Positions 46,169-56,269 of a stretch of DNA of 64,000 nt are shown in pieces. This DNA is from an uncultured Acidobacteriota bacterium. GTDB lineage: Bacteria; Acidobacteriota; Vicinamibacteria; Vicinamibacterales; UBA8438. The notes beneath the pieces are model-generated. The model was not told the origin of the DNA. It saw nothing but the letters and a program-made list of their open reading frames with translations, and did not search any database. Location: NCBI GenBank assembly GCA_913043225.1, contig CAJWLU010000004.1, positions 96,001-160,000 of the forward strand. Reading direction: 5' to 3'. Within the stretch, counting starts at the first letter, position 1, and each line of letters begins with the position of its first letter. The position numbers and the translations under genes were made by a program.

Positions 46169-47154
46169 CCGACCGACCCCCTCGCTCCCACACTGGCGTC
46201 GACCTCGGCCTGGCCCGTCAGGTCTTGCAGACGGAAGCAGATGCAATCGTTGGCCTGATCGATCGACTCGACGAGCGCTTCGAGCGCGCGGTGAAGCTAC
46301 TGGCCGACTGCCAGGGCCGCGTCATCGTGACCGGCATGGGAAAATCCGGCATCATCAGCCGCAAGCTAGCTGCGACGCTCGCCAGCACCGGCACACCGGC
46401 GTTCTTCCTGCACCCGGCCGAAGCGGTACACGGAGACCTCGGGGTCGTGCAAGGTGACGACATCGTACTGGCCCTCTCCCACAGCGGAGAAACCAGCGAG
46501 ATCCTCCGGCTCCTGGAGACGATCCGCCGGGTAGGCGCGAAAGTCATCTCCCTAACCGGCGCCCCTAGATCGTCTCTGGCGGAGACGGCCGACATCACCC
46601 TGGACTGCAGCGTGACCGGCGAGGCCTGTCCGATGAACCTCGTGCCGACGGCTAGCACGACAGCGGCTCTGGCACTCGGAGATGCACTGGCGATGACACT
46701 TCTCGAACGAAAGGGGTTCCGGAGAGAGGATTTCGTGAGCCTGCACCCTGGTGGCGGGCTCGGCAAGCGGCTACTGCGCGTCGACCACCTGATGAGTAGC
46801 GGTCCTGCCCTGCCTCTGGTTCGGCAGGAAGCATCGGTGGCCGCGGTGCTGGCGGAAATGTCCGCCAAGGGTCTCGGCATGACGTGTGTCATCGATGCCG
46901 ACGCCCGGATCGCTGGTGTCATCACCGACGGTGATCTCCGTCGCCGGCTAGCCTCCCGCGGCGGCGCACTCGAAGGAGCCGCCAGCGCGCTGATGACCGA
47001 CACTCCGCGCACGATTGGCCCGGACATGCTGGCTGCCGAGGCGCTTCAACTGATGGAAACGTATCGGATCACCTCGCTGGTGGTCGTCGACCCAGACAAG
47101 CGTCCGCTCGGGGTCCTCCACCTGCACGATCTCTGGCGCACCGAGCTGTTCTGA
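46165..47154 (+). CDS. kdsD: arabinose-5-phosphate isomerase (KpsF/GutQ, SIS+CBS)
   Basis: GMGKSG, HPAEAVHGDLG, PTAST, HPGGGLG, two CBS domains. Confidence 0.95.
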   Translation: MTDRPPRSHTGVDLGLARQVLQTEADAIVGLIDRLDERFERAVKLLADCQGRVIVTGMGKSGIISRKLAATLASTGTPAFFLHPAEAVHGDLGVVQGDDIVLALSHSGETSEILRLLETIRRVGAKVISLTGAPRSSLAETADITLDCSVTGEACPMNLVPTASTTAALALGDALAMTLLERKGFRREDFVSLHPGGGLGKRLLRVDHLMSSGPALPLVRQEASVAAVLAEMSAKGLGMTCVIDADARIAGVITDGDLRRRLASRGGALEGAASALMTDTPRTIGPDMLAAEALQLMETYRITSLVVVDPDKRPLGVLHLHDLWRTELF

Positions 47155-48374
47155 TGGACGATAGCCTGACGCTCCTCTCCGTGTTTGTGACGCTACTGGC
47201 TGGACTCACAGCCGGCAAGGCCTGGGAGCGATACAAGCTACGAGAGGGCCGCTGGATCGACCGACGTAAGGCACGCGAATCCCCGCACTACATCCTGGGC
47301 CTCAACTTTCTGGTATCGAACCAGCTGGATCTGGCGATCGAAGAACTGACGACGGCTGCCGCCATCGACGCCGATGCCCTAGAAATTCACTTGATTCTGG
47401 GCAACTTGTACCGCGAGAAGGGGCAGGTCAATCGCGCCATAAAGATGCACCAGCAGCTACTGCAGCGCCCAAAACTGACGAAACTGGAGCAGGCCTACGT
47501 CCTTCTGTGCCTGGGCCTCGACTTTCGTCGAGGCGGTTTCGTGGATCGGGCACTCGAAGCCTTTACCGAGGTTCTTCGCTTTGACGGCAACAATCAGTAC
47601 GCCCTCCTCAACCTGCAGAAGCTGTACGAGGAACAGCACCAATGGGCGGAGGCCCATGCAATCCGCGAGCGGCTCGCCGCACTGACCGAAGATCAACAGC
47701 AGCCGATGCACCAAGCGATTCTGGCCTACCTGGAAACCCAGATCGGGCTCGACGCCATGAGCCGCGACGAGGCTGACGCGGCGGTTAGCCGCTTCGAGTC
47801 GGCGATCGCGCTCGACGAAGCTGCGCTTCCCGCCTATCTCAATCTTGGCGACCTCGAGCGCCAGCGTGGGCGGATCGCCGAAGCGATTGATTTGTGGGAA
47901 CGCGTGATCGAGATCGCGCCTGAAAGAGCGTATCTCGTGTTCGACCGGATTGACGCTGCTACCCGCCAGCAGGGCGACGACCGGAGGTTCCCTGCCCTGT
48001 GCCGGCGCCTCATCCAGACCAATCCGCAGGACTGGCGCGCACGGCTCGCGATAGGACGCCATCTCACCGACCATGCGCAACCGGCCGAGGCGTTGACCCA
48101 CCTGTTCGACTCCCTGGTGCACAATCCGCACGCGCTCTCGATCCACCAGGCCGTTTGGCAGGCGCTCGCCGAGATACAGTTCGATGCCGAACGGGTACAG
48201 CGCTACATGGAGCTCACGCGAGAGGCTGTGTTCTACCTCGACCCCCACATCTGCATACGGTGCCGCTATCGCAGCACCGAGTTGCTCTGGCAGTGCCCCC
48301 AGTGCCACGAGTGGAACACCTTCGTCGAGGAACGCATGACCCCAGCGGAGGATCGTGAAAACGCGCCCCGCTGA
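47154..48374 (+). CDS. lapB: LPS assembly protein B-like TPR protein with rubredoxin-like C-terminus
   Basis: N-terminal TM, YILGLNFL, LGNLYREKGQVNRAI.MHQ, C-terminal CIRC...WQCPQCHEW. Confidence 0.85.
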   Translation: MDDSLTLLSVFVTLLAGLTAGKAWERYKLREGRWIDRRKARESPHYILGLNFLVSNQLDLAIEELTTAAAIDADALEIHLILGNLYREKGQVNRAIKMHQQLLQRPKLTKLEQAYVLLCLGLDFRRGGFVDRALEAFTEVLRFDGNNQYALLNLQKLYEEQHQWAEAHAIRERLAALTEDQQQPMHQAILAYLETQIGLDAMSRDEADAAVSRFESAIALDEAALPAYLNLGDLERQRGRIAEAIDLWERVIEIAPERAYLVFDRIDAATRQQGDDRRFPALCRRLIQTNPQDWRARLAIGRHLTDHAQPAEALTHLFDSLVHNPHALSIHQAVWQALAEIQFDAERVQRYMELTREAVFYLDPHICIRCRYRSTELLWQCPQCHEWNTFVEERMTPAEDRENAPR

Positions 48375-48978
48375 GACGCCCGCCCGTGTGCGACGCGTCG
48401 TACTGACCGGAGGCATCGCGACCGGCAAGAGTTACACGCTGCAACGGTTCGCCATGCTTGGCGCGCCGACCTGCGACGCCGACGACATCGCCCGGACCGT
48501 ACAGGCACCGAACGGGGCCGCCTGGAGCGGACTACGCGACCGCTTCGGCCCAGACGTGTTCGACGCCAGCGGACACCTGAACCGGCGAATGCTCGGCGCG
48601 GTGGTATTCAGTGACCCACAGGCCCTGGCCGATCTCAATGCCCTCGTCCATCCCCACGTCCGGCAGGCTATCGAGCATTGGCTCGCCGAGCTCGATCCAG
48701 CCTCGGGGCCAGCCATGGTCGCAATTCCGTTGTACTTCGAAGGGGATCGTGTCCAGACTTTCGAACGGGTCGTGGTAACGGCCTGCGATCTTTCGACGCA
48801 GGTGGCGCGCGTGGTCGAGCGGGGATTCACCGAAGAGGAGGCCCGCCACCGGATCGCGGCGCAACTTCCAACGGAAGAGAAGGCCCGTCAGGCCGACCAT
48901 GTCGTCTGGACCGACCGCAGGTTCGCCGACACGGACCGACAGGTCGAAGAAGTCTGGGCCGTGCTCACTCGGCCCTGA
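48355..48978 (+). CDS. coaE: dephospho-CoA kinase
   Basis: LTGGIATGKS, DADDIAR, LNALVHP, RIAAQ. Confidence 0.93.
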   Translation: MKTRPAETPARVRRVVLTGGIATGKSYTLQRFAMLGAPTCDADDIARTVQAPNGAAWSGLRDRFGPDVFDASGHLNRRMLGAVVFSDPQALADLNALVHPHVRQAIEHWLAELDPASGPAMVAIPLYFEGDRVQTFERVVVTACDLSTQVARVVERGFTEEEARHRIAAQLPTEEKARQADHVVWTDRRFADTDRQVEEVWAVLTRP

Positions 48979-48982
48979 CGGT

Positions 48983-49945
48983 TCAGCGCTCGCCGACGTC
49001 AGACCGAGCCCGCCGGAGCTCGGCGGCCCGCACTGTGTTCGATAAAAGCATCGAGATGGTCAGGGGACCAACGCCGCCAGGCACCGGCGTGAGCGCGCCG
49101 GCGATCTCCTCCACCTCGGGATGTACATCGCCGACCACGGTGCGACCTCGCCGCTCGAGCACCTCGAGACGCGGAGAATCTGCTCCGAAGAGCGCGACAA
49201 CCTTGTCGCGGTCGCTGACGTAGGTTGTACCGACGTCGATTACCGTCGCCCCCGGCTTGACGAAGTCCCTGTTCACGAATCCCGGACGTCCGATCGCGGC
49301 CACGAGGATGTCCGCGACCGCGGCCACCTCTGGCAGATCCACCGTGCGGGAATGACAGATCGTCACGGTCGCGCTGCGATGGAGCAGCAACATGGCCATA
49401 GGCTTACCGACGATGTCGCTGCGGCCGATCACGACGGCCTGGCGGCCCTCGATCGGGATCTCGTATTGATCGAGCATCTCGACGATACCTGATGGCGTGC
49501 ACGGAGCCAGCCCCGGTTCTCGCTGCACCAGCCGGCCGACGTTGACGGCGTGGAACCCGTCCACGTCCTTGTCCGGATCGATGGCACCGAATACACGGCG
49601 TTCAGCGTCGCGACCCATGCCCGACGGGAGCGGCGATTGCACGAGAATACCGTCGATCTCGTCGGCCTCGTTGAAGCGGCGCACGCAATCCAACACCTCG
49701 TCTACGCTGGCGGTCTCTGAGAAGCGTCGCAAGTCGGCCAACATCCCGAGCTCATCGCACGCCTTCACCTTGTTGCGAACATAGATCTCTGAACCTCCGT
49801 CGTTGCCAGCGAGGACGATCCCCAGCCCTGGAGGGCGACCGGTCGCGCCGCTGAACGCTGCGATCCGCGGCCCCAGCGCTTCTCGAATCGATGCCCCCAC
49901 CACCTTGCCATCCAAGCGTCGCGCCACCGTCTCTTCTCCCGTCAT
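48983..49945 (-). CDS. folD: methylenetetrahydrofolate dehydrogenase/cyclohydrolase
   Basis: YVRNK, VQSPLP, KDVDG, PCTP, GRSDIVGKP, PVPGGVGP. Confidence 0.97.
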   Translation of the reverse strand: MTGEETVARRLDGKVVGASIREALGPRIAAFSGATGRPPGLGIVLAGNDGGSEIYVRNKVKACDELGMLADLRRFSETASVDEVLDCVRRFNEADEIDGILVQSPLPSGMGRDAERRVFGAIDPDKDVDGFHAVNVGRLVQREPGLAPCTPSGIVEMLDQYEIPIEGRQAVVIGRSDIVGKPMAMLLLHRSATVTICHSRTVDLPEVAAVADILVAAIGRPGFVNRDFVKPGATVIDVGTTYVSDRDKVVALFGADSPRLEVLERRGRTVVGDVHPEVEEIAGALTPVPGGVGPLTISMLLSNTVRAAELRRARSDVGER

Positions 49946-50049
49946 AAACTACATTGGCTCAGGCTGCCTAAGCCGACGCGATCTTAGCAGGGGGCGAGGC
50001 ATTGGTTTCGTGTAGACTTCCCCGACCCCATCCACCGGGGGACTCCGCC

Positions 50050-51414
50050 ATGGCAACGAGCAACAATCGGGGCACCTGGGGCTCGAAGACAGGCTTCATC
50101 CTGGCTGCCGCCGGCTCCGCCGTCGGGCTCGGCAACATCTGGGGGTTTCCCACTCAAGTCGGACAAGGCGGAGGCGCGGTCTTTGTCCTGGTCTACCTCG
50201 CCTGCGTCATCCTGATTTGTCTGCCGATCATGCTGGCCGAGATGACCATCGGCCGGCGCGCTCAACTCGACCCAGTTGGGGCATACGCCGCTCTGCGGCC
50301 AGGGTCGGCCTGGTGGCTCGTCGGCGGCCTTGGCGTGCTCGCCGGAGCAGGTATCCTCTCGTTCTATTCCGTCATTGCAGGCTGGTCGGTGGCCTACATC
50401 TGGTTCATGGCCTCGGGGGCCGTCACCGGTGACGCCGAGGCCATCGGTGGCTTTTTTCGCACCTTCACCGCCAACGGCCCTCTGAGTGTGGCGCTGACTC
50501 TGGCGGTGCTCGGCGCCACCGCCACGGTGCTGATCGGCGGCGTGCAAGCAGGCATCGAGCGAGTCACCAAGCTACTAATGCCACTGCTGATCGGACTGCT
50601 GCTCGTGCTGGCGGTCCGTGCCTTTACGCTGCCTGGCGCCTCAGAAGGTTTGCGCTACTACCTGCGGCCGGACTTCTCCCGCATCACTGACCCGGCGGTG
50701 CTGAACGCGGCCCTCGGCCAGGCGTTCTTCTCGCTCAGCCTGGGCATGGGCGCCATCCTCACCTACGGCAGCTATCTCAGTAAACGCGAGAGCCTTGTCA
50801 GTGCAGCAGGCTGGGTGGTGGTCCTCGACACCTCGATGGCCCTACTCGCCGGGTTCGTGATCTTCCCAGCTGGCTTCTCGATTGACGGCTTCAACCCGAA
50901 CGCGAGCGGCCCCGGCCTGATCTTCGCCGTCCTCCCGAGACTCTTCTCCACCCTGCCCGGAGGGGAACTCTTCGGCGCCGCGTTCTTCATCCTCCTGACC
51001 ATGGCGGCGCTCACCTCAACTATCTCGCTTCTCGAGGTGCCGGTCGCGCACTGCATCGATGCTCGGGGCTGGAGTCGTCCCAAAGCGGTAGCGGTGGTCA
51101 CGACGGCCATCTTCGTCCTAGCCGTCCCGTCAGCGCTCTCGAACGGCGCCAATGCGTTCTTTAGCGGACTCCCCAGCGTCGGTATGAACTTCCTTGATCT
51201 CATGGGGGTGATCTGGAACAACTTCGCGCTCCCGATCGGCGGCTTCCTCACTGCCATCTTCGTCGGCTGGGTGTGGCGCGTGGATCAGGCTATCGGCGAG
51301 CTGGAACAGCACGGCGCGCGCTTCGCGGCGGCGGGATTGTGGAGCGTCCTCATCAAATGGGTGTGTCCGGTGGCGATCGGCATCATCATCGTCTACACCT
51401 TCATCACGATGTAG
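50050..51414 (+). CDS. sodium-dependent transporter (NSS/SNF family)
   Basis: GSAVGLGNIWGFP, GQAFFSLSLGMG, GPGLIF, AALTSTIS. Confidence 0.93.
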   Translation: MATSNNRGTWGSKTGFILAAAGSAVGLGNIWGFPTQVGQGGGAVFVLVYLACVILICLPIMLAEMTIGRRAQLDPVGAYAALRPGSAWWLVGGLGVLAGAGILSFYSVIAGWSVAYIWFMASGAVTGDAEAIGGFFRTFTANGPLSVALTLAVLGATATVLIGGVQAGIERVTKLLMPLLIGLLLVLAVRAFTLPGASEGLRYYLRPDFSRITDPAVLNAALGQAFFSLSLGMGAILTYGSYLSKRESLVSAAGWVVVLDTSMALLAGFVIFPAGFSIDGFNPNASGPGLIFAVLPRLFSTLPGGELFGAAFFILLTMAALTSTISLLEVPVAHCIDARGWSRPKAVAVVTTAIFVLAVPSALSNGANAFFSGLPSVGMNFLDLMGVIWNNFALPIGGFLTAIFVGWVWRVDQAIGELEQHGARFAAAGLWSVLIKWVCPVAIGIIIVYTFITM

Positions 51415-51426
51415 CCCGGAGTCAGG

Positions 51427-53130
51427 ATGGACGTCCTCGAGCTGATCATCCAGCAGGTCAAACACTACGTCGATGACTTCGGCGTGCCGGTGGGCGATCA
51501 GGTGATCCCGCTCAAGGTCATCGCCCTCCTGGGCACCGGCTTCTTCCTGACGCTGCGACTGGGCTTTGTCCAGGTCCGCCACCTGTCGCACGGATTCGCC
51601 ATCGCAAGCGGACGCTATGACAAACCCGACGAGCCGGGCGATGTCTCGCACTTTCAGGCCCTGACGACCGCGCTCTCAGCGACGGTAGGCATCGGCAACA
51701 TCGCCGGCGCGGCCTGGGCTATCCACTACGGCGGACCGGGTGCGTTGTTCTGGATGTGGATGACAGCGCTCCTGGGCGCGGCGACGAAGTTCTCGGAGGT
51801 TACGCTGGCACAGAAGTACCGCGACGTCACCCCTGAAACCCACAAGCATGAAGGCACGATCGCCGGCGGTCCGATGTACTACATAGAGCGCGGGATGGGT
51901 CCGCAGTGGCGCTGGATGGCGATCTTCTTCGCCGTGGCGCTCGGCTTCACCGCCTTCATCACCGGCAACGCCGTACAGGCGAACACGCTAGCCGACACCA
52001 TGGAGTCCAATTTCGGGGTCCCCAACGTGATCACCGGGCTGGTGGCAGCCACCGTCGTAGCCGCGGTGATCCTGGGCGGCATCACTCGGATCGGCCGGGT
52101 CACCGGTATCCTCGCTCCGGCCATGGCCAGCGTCTATGTCCTTGGGGCGATGGTCATCATCGTGATGAACGCCGGCGAGGTCTTGCCCGCCTTCGCGCTA
52201 ATCCTCAGAGAGGCGTTCAACCCGAGCGCTGGTGTGGCAGGTACGGGCATCGGCGTGCTCTTGGTCACGCTGAACTGGGGTGTAAATCGCGGCCTCTTCT
52301 CGAACGAGGCCGGACAAGGATCGGCTCCCATCGCCCACGCCGCCGCCAAAACCGATGAACCGGTTTCCGAAGGAGCAGTTGCCCTCGTGGAGCCATTCAT
52401 CGACACCATCGTGATCGTCACCATGACCTGCCTGGTGATCATCATCACCGGGGTGTACGACGACCGCGTGCCGTCGCAACTCACGCTCGCCGGCGGTGAC
52501 TTGACCTATGTGACCGAGGGCGCAGACGGAAGCCTCACCGAGACCGATGCCCCGGACGCGATCCGGGTGGAAGACGGACGGCAACCCACCGGGGCTGGTG
52601 TCGCCGCCTTCGCCTGGCACGACGTGTCGGTCGAGCGCTTCTTCGTGGACCCCGCCCAGACCGAACCCTTCGACGGCGTCATCGATCCGGCAAACGGTCT
52701 GGCCCGGAGCAACGACGGCACGAGCTACACAGTGCTCTATGGCAATGCCCCGGAAGGTGGTGCCCCGTTGACCCAACTTGCCTTCCAACGCGGCCTGGCG
52801 CCTCTTGGCGGATGGGGCGGGTGGATCGTCGTGCTGTCAGTGATCCTCTTTGCCGTCTCAACCGCAATCGCCTGGAGCTACTACGGCGACCGCTGTGCGG
52901 CCTATCTCTTCGGTGGCAGAGCGGTACTCCCCTACCGCCTGGTCTACGTCGGGATGGTGTTCCTGGGCACGATCCTCGCTCCTGCGGCAGCCTGGGATCT
53001 CGGCGACATCGCGCTGGGGATCGTCATCCTCCCCAACCTGCTTGCCCTAGTGGTGTTGTCTGGAGAGACGCGGGCGCTGATGAAGAGCTACTTCGAACGC
53101 CGTCCATGGTCTACCGGGCGTCGCGGCTAA
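51427..53130 (+). CDS. alanine/glycine:cation symporter (AGCS family)
   Basis: ATVGIGNIAG, GGPGALFWMW, GGPMYY, RGLFSNEAGQGS, EPFIDT, WSYYG. Confidence 0.93.
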   Translation: MDVLELIIQQVKHYVDDFGVPVGDQVIPLKVIALLGTGFFLTLRLGFVQVRHLSHGFAIASGRYDKPDEPGDVSHFQALTTALSATVGIGNIAGAAWAIHYGGPGALFWMWMTALLGAATKFSEVTLAQKYRDVTPETHKHEGTIAGGPMYYIERGMGPQWRWMAIFFAVALGFTAFITGNAVQANTLADTMESNFGVPNVITGLVAATVVAAVILGGITRIGRVTGILAPAMASVYVLGAMVIIVMNAGEVLPAFALILREAFNPSAGVAGTGIGVLLVTLNWGVNRGLFSNEAGQGSAPIAHAAAKTDEPVSEGAVALVEPFIDTIVIVTMTCLVIIITGVYDDRVPSQLTLAGGDLTYVTEGADGSLTETDAPDAIRVEDGRQPTGAGVAAFAWHDVSVERFFVDPAQTEPFDGVIDPANGLARSNDGTSYTVLYGNAPEGGAPLTQLAFQRGLAPLGGWGGWIVVLSVILFAVSTAIAWSYYGDRCAAYLFGGRAVLPYRLVYVGMVFLGTILAPAAAWDLGDIALGIVILPNLLALVVLSGETRALMKSYFERRPWSTGRRG

Positions 53131-53152
53131 GCGCACGCAGGCTGCGAGCCCC

Positions 53153-53791
53153 CTAGCCGGCCCGATTGAGGAGATCGACGTAATCCCGGACGCGCGATGC
53201 TGGGTCGCCATTTCCCATCAGGTCGGAGATAACTGCCACCGACGACGCTCCTGCGGCGATCACATCTGACGCCTTATCAAGGCTGATGCCGCCGATGGCG
53301 ACGACCGGAGTAGTCCCCACCTGCGCACGGGTACGTCGCACGGCATCCAGGCCGACCGGCTCGTAGCCGGTATCCTTGGTTTTCGTCGTAAAGATCGGCC
53401 CGATGGCTACATAGTCGACCGACTCTTCGAGCGCCCGAGCGACCTGTGCCTCGTCGTGGGTCGAACGCCCGATCAGACGGTCCGGACCGAGTAAGCGGCG
53501 GGCGGCATCCACCGGCAGATCGTCCTGACCCAAGTGCACGCCGGCCGCATCAGCCATGAGGGTGAGGTCAGACCGATCGTTGATGATCACCCTGGCCGCA
53601 GTGCGTTCGGCCGCCGTGACGATCGTACGACTCCATTCGAGAAGCTGCCCCAACTCGACGCCCGGTGCTCTAAGCTGCAGGCAGCGGGCCCCACCGGCGA
53701 GGTAGGCACGCGCGAGGGACACGGGATCACGACCGTGGGTCGCAGCCACCGCCACATCGACGACCGCATAGAGACGAGGCAATAGCCGCAT
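53153..53791 (-). CDS. thiE: thiamine-phosphate synthase
   Basis: QLR, IINDR, GVHLGQDD, GRSTH, TKTK, AIGGI. Confidence 0.93.
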   Translation of the reverse strand: MRLLPRLYAVVDVAVAATHGRDPVSLARAYLAGGARCLQLRAPGVELGQLLEWSRTIVTAAERTAARVIINDRSDLTLMADAAGVHLGQDDLPVDAARRLLGPDRLIGRSTHDEAQVARALEESVDYVAIGPIFTTKTKDTGYEPVGLDAVRRTRAQVGTTPVVAIGGISLDKASDVIAAGASSVAVISDLMGNGDPASRVRDYVDLLNRAG

Positions 53792-53793
53792 CC

Positions 53794-54942
53794 TTATCCG
53801 ACCTCCCGTAGGTCGAGCGACACATTTGTCAGCAACCGGTAGCCGTCGGTCGTCACCACTACATCATCCTCGAGGCGAACGCCGCCATGCTCCGGCAGAT
53901 ACACACCCGGCTCGACGGTGAACACCATGCCGGGCTCCAGGGGCACATCCTCAGGATCTGGCACACCATCAGGGACCCGGCGGCGACCGATCCGTGGCGC
54001 CTCGTGCACCTCGATCCCGAGGCCGTGTCCAGTTCCGTGGCCGAAGGCCTCACCCAGTCCTTTCGACTCGAGCGTACTCCGCGCCGCGTGGTCGATAGCC
54101 GCGGTAGTGGCCCCCACGCGGACGGTATCGAGCGCGGACTGATGTGCCTCCCGGACCGCACCGTGCCACGAGCGCGCTTCGTCGGACGGCGCCCCGAGAC
54201 TCGCGACTCGGGTCAGATCGACACAGTAGCCCCGGTAGACTCCACCGAAGTCCAGGAGAACCAGATCCCCTTTCTTCAACACCCGGCTACCGGGCCGAGC
54301 ATGCGGCAGGGCGGTGTGCGAGCCAGACGCCACAATCGTGTCGAACGCGGGCCGTTCGAACCCTGCCTTGCGGATCGCATGGTCGATATTGGCAGCCACC
54401 TCGAGTTCGGTCGTCCCGAACCTGAGACGGGTAATCTGGTCCTCCATCACCGCCGAGATACGTGCTCCGGCCTCTGTCAGGACCTGCAATTCAGATGCAT
54501 CCTTCACCAGGCGTCCCGCCTCAACGAGATCGCGCGACGACACGAGCTCCGGCCCCTCCTCTGCCAGCGCCGTCTGGAGCCAGTCGTATTGGGCCAGACA
54601 AATATGCGCCGCTTCCACACCCACTTTGGAGACGCCGCTGGCCCGCAGCAAGTCGCGATACGTCGCCTCATAGGACGACTCGACGTCCACGACGGAGATC
54701 GCCTCAGACTCGATCGCGTCGGCGGCCGCCCGAGCCACGGTCGCGTAACGGTTGTCCACAATGAACCGGACGGCGTCAACTGTCACCAGCAGGGCACCCG
54801 CGCTCCCGGCAAAGCCGCTCAGATAGAAGACGTTCGGTAGATGGGTAACCAGCAGCGCCGGGAGCCCGGCCTCGTCGAGACGACGCCTAAGATCAGCCTG
54901 ACGGCGATCGTGCCGGTTCCGTAATCCAGCCGATCTCTCCAC
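53794..54942 (-). CDS. pepP: Xaa-Pro aminopeptidase (M24B)
   Basis: YLSGF, FDTIVASG, PHA, DFG...DLTR, HGTGHGLG.EVHE, TVEPG, RLED. Start uncertain (54942-54960). Confidence 0.88.
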   Translation of the reverse strand: MERSAGLRNRHDRRQADLRRRLDEAGLPALLVTHLPNVFYLSGFAGSAGALLVTVDAVRFIVDNRYATVARAAADAIESEAISVVDVESSYEATYRDLLRASGVSKVGVEAAHICLAQYDWLQTALAEEGPELVSSRDLVEAGRLVKDASELQVLTEAGARISAVMEDQITRLRFGTTELEVAANIDHAIRKAGFERPAFDTIVASGSHTALPHARPGSRVLKKGDLVLLDFGGVYRGYCVDLTRVASLGAPSDEARSWHGAVREAHQSALDTVRVGATTAAIDHAARSTLESKGLGEAFGHGTGHGLGIEVHEAPRIGRRRVPDGVPDPEDVPLEPGMVFTVEPGVYLPEHGGVRLEDDVVVTTDGYRLLTNVSLDLREVG

Positions 54943-54946
54943 CGCG

Positions 54947-55141
54947 CTAACTGATGGCAATGGCCACCGACTCGACCGTGGGAAGATCTTCCGCGTTATC
55001 GGTGACGACCAAGGTCGACTGGTAGGTGCGGGCCGAAGCGATACGTCGACGTCGGACCGTCGTCTGGCGCAGTTCCACCGCCTTCACGGCACTCAAGCCG
55101 ATATCGAGCCCGATCAGCGATTTGGTCCTGCGCACCAACAC
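54947..55141 (-). pseudogene. pilM: remnant: 5' end of type IV pilus pilM joined to a PKD-like 3' gene end
   Basis: GGGAGA SD + GTG, then RRTKSLIGLDIGLSAVKAVEL (PilM N-terminus); only 64 codons; tail reads TY/ASARTYQSTLVVTDNA (PKD-like). Confidence 0.7.
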
Positions 55142-55362
55142 GTTATCGTCTCCCAAGCGTCAGCCCGTCCGTAGCCGACCACTTTGCACCATGGAAGTCG
55201 CACACTTGCGAGGATCCGTCAGAGATTCGCGGCAGCGGTCACCCGTCGCCTCGTGCACTTCGGTCTATCGGTCAGGACACGCCCAGGCTGCACCCTGCCT
55301 AGCAACACAGTGGCGATGGGCACACGAAACGACCCAGGCGGACGTCCAGCCCCCACCCGTCA

Positions 55363-55391
55363 TTGACAGCCCCTCTAATTGCCCGTATCAT
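55363..55391 (+). promoter_or_regulatory. sigma70 promoter of the rplM operon
   Basis: TTGACA-17 nt-TATCAT. Confidence 0.85.
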
Positions 55392-55432
55392 CGGAGTTTA
55401 CGTCTGTGGCCTAGGGGGCCACTGGAGAGGGA

Positions 55433-55864
55433 ATGTCAACATTCGTTCCAACCCCGTCCAGCATCGACCGGCAGTGGCATGTGATCGACGCTGGGGACCA
55501 GATCCTTGGACGGGTCGCCACCATGGCCGCGCGCCTGCTACAGGGGAAGCACAAGCCCCAGTACGCACCATTTCTCGACACGGGCGACTTCGTCATTATC
55601 ACTAACGCGGCCAGCATAAAACTCACCGGCGCCAAGGAAGACCAGAAACTCTACCGCTACCACAGCGGCTACCCAGGCGGACTCCGGGAGGAGCGCGCCA
55701 AGGTGCTGCGGGACCGCATCCCCTCGCGCATAATGGAACAGGCCGTGCGTGGCATGCTCCCGAAGACCAAGCTCGGTAATCAGATGTATCGCAAGCTGAA
55801 GGTGTACGCTGGGGCTTCGCACCCGCACGCGGCCCAGCAGCCAAACCCACTCGAGGTGTCCTGA
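55433..55864 (+). CDS. rplM: 50S ribosomal protein L13
   Basis: WHVIDA, LGRVA, GKHKP, HSGYPGG, GMLPK. Confidence 0.98.
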   Translation: MSTFVPTPSSIDRQWHVIDAGDQILGRVATMAARLLQGKHKPQYAPFLDTGDFVIITNAASIKLTGAKEDQKLYRYHSGYPGGLREERAKVLRDRIPSRIMEQAVRGMLPKTKLGNQMYRKLKVYAGASHPHAAQQPNPLEVS

Positions 55865-55865
55865 C

Positions 55866-56258
55866 GTGGTGGCAACGAGTTTTTACGGCACTGGCCGGCG
55901 GAAGTCGTCGACCGCGAGGGTCTTCCTGAAGCCCGGTAGCGGCGAGTTCGAACTGCGCGGGTCGACGCTCGAGAAGCGTTTTCCGTCCGATTCGGTCCGA
56001 ACCCGAATCCGGACTCCACTCGAAGTGGCCGAGGCCGTCGACAAAGTCGACATCCTCGCCACCGCCAAGGGTGGCGGAGTCGCGGGACAGGCTGACGCCT
56101 TACGGCTCGGCATCGCGCGGGCGCTCGTTGCCTTCGACCCCGAACTTCGACCGGTGCTGAAGAAGGCTGGGCTCCTGACCCGTGACGCGCGGATCAAGGA
56201 GCGGAAGAAGTACGGACTGGCCGGCGCCCGCAAGCGCTTCCAGTTCAGCAAGAGATAG
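55866..56258 (+). CDS. rpsI: 30S ribosomal protein S9
   Basis: GTGRRK, GGG..GQA, ERKKYG, QFSKR. Confidence 0.98.
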   Translation: MVATSFYGTGRRKSSTARVFLKPGSGEFELRGSTLEKRFPSDSVRTRIRTPLEVAEAVDKVDILATAKGGGVAGQADALRLGIARALVAFDPELRPVLKKAGLLTRDARIKERKKYGLAGARKRFQFSKR

Positions 56259-56269
56259 ACGGAGGCAGC

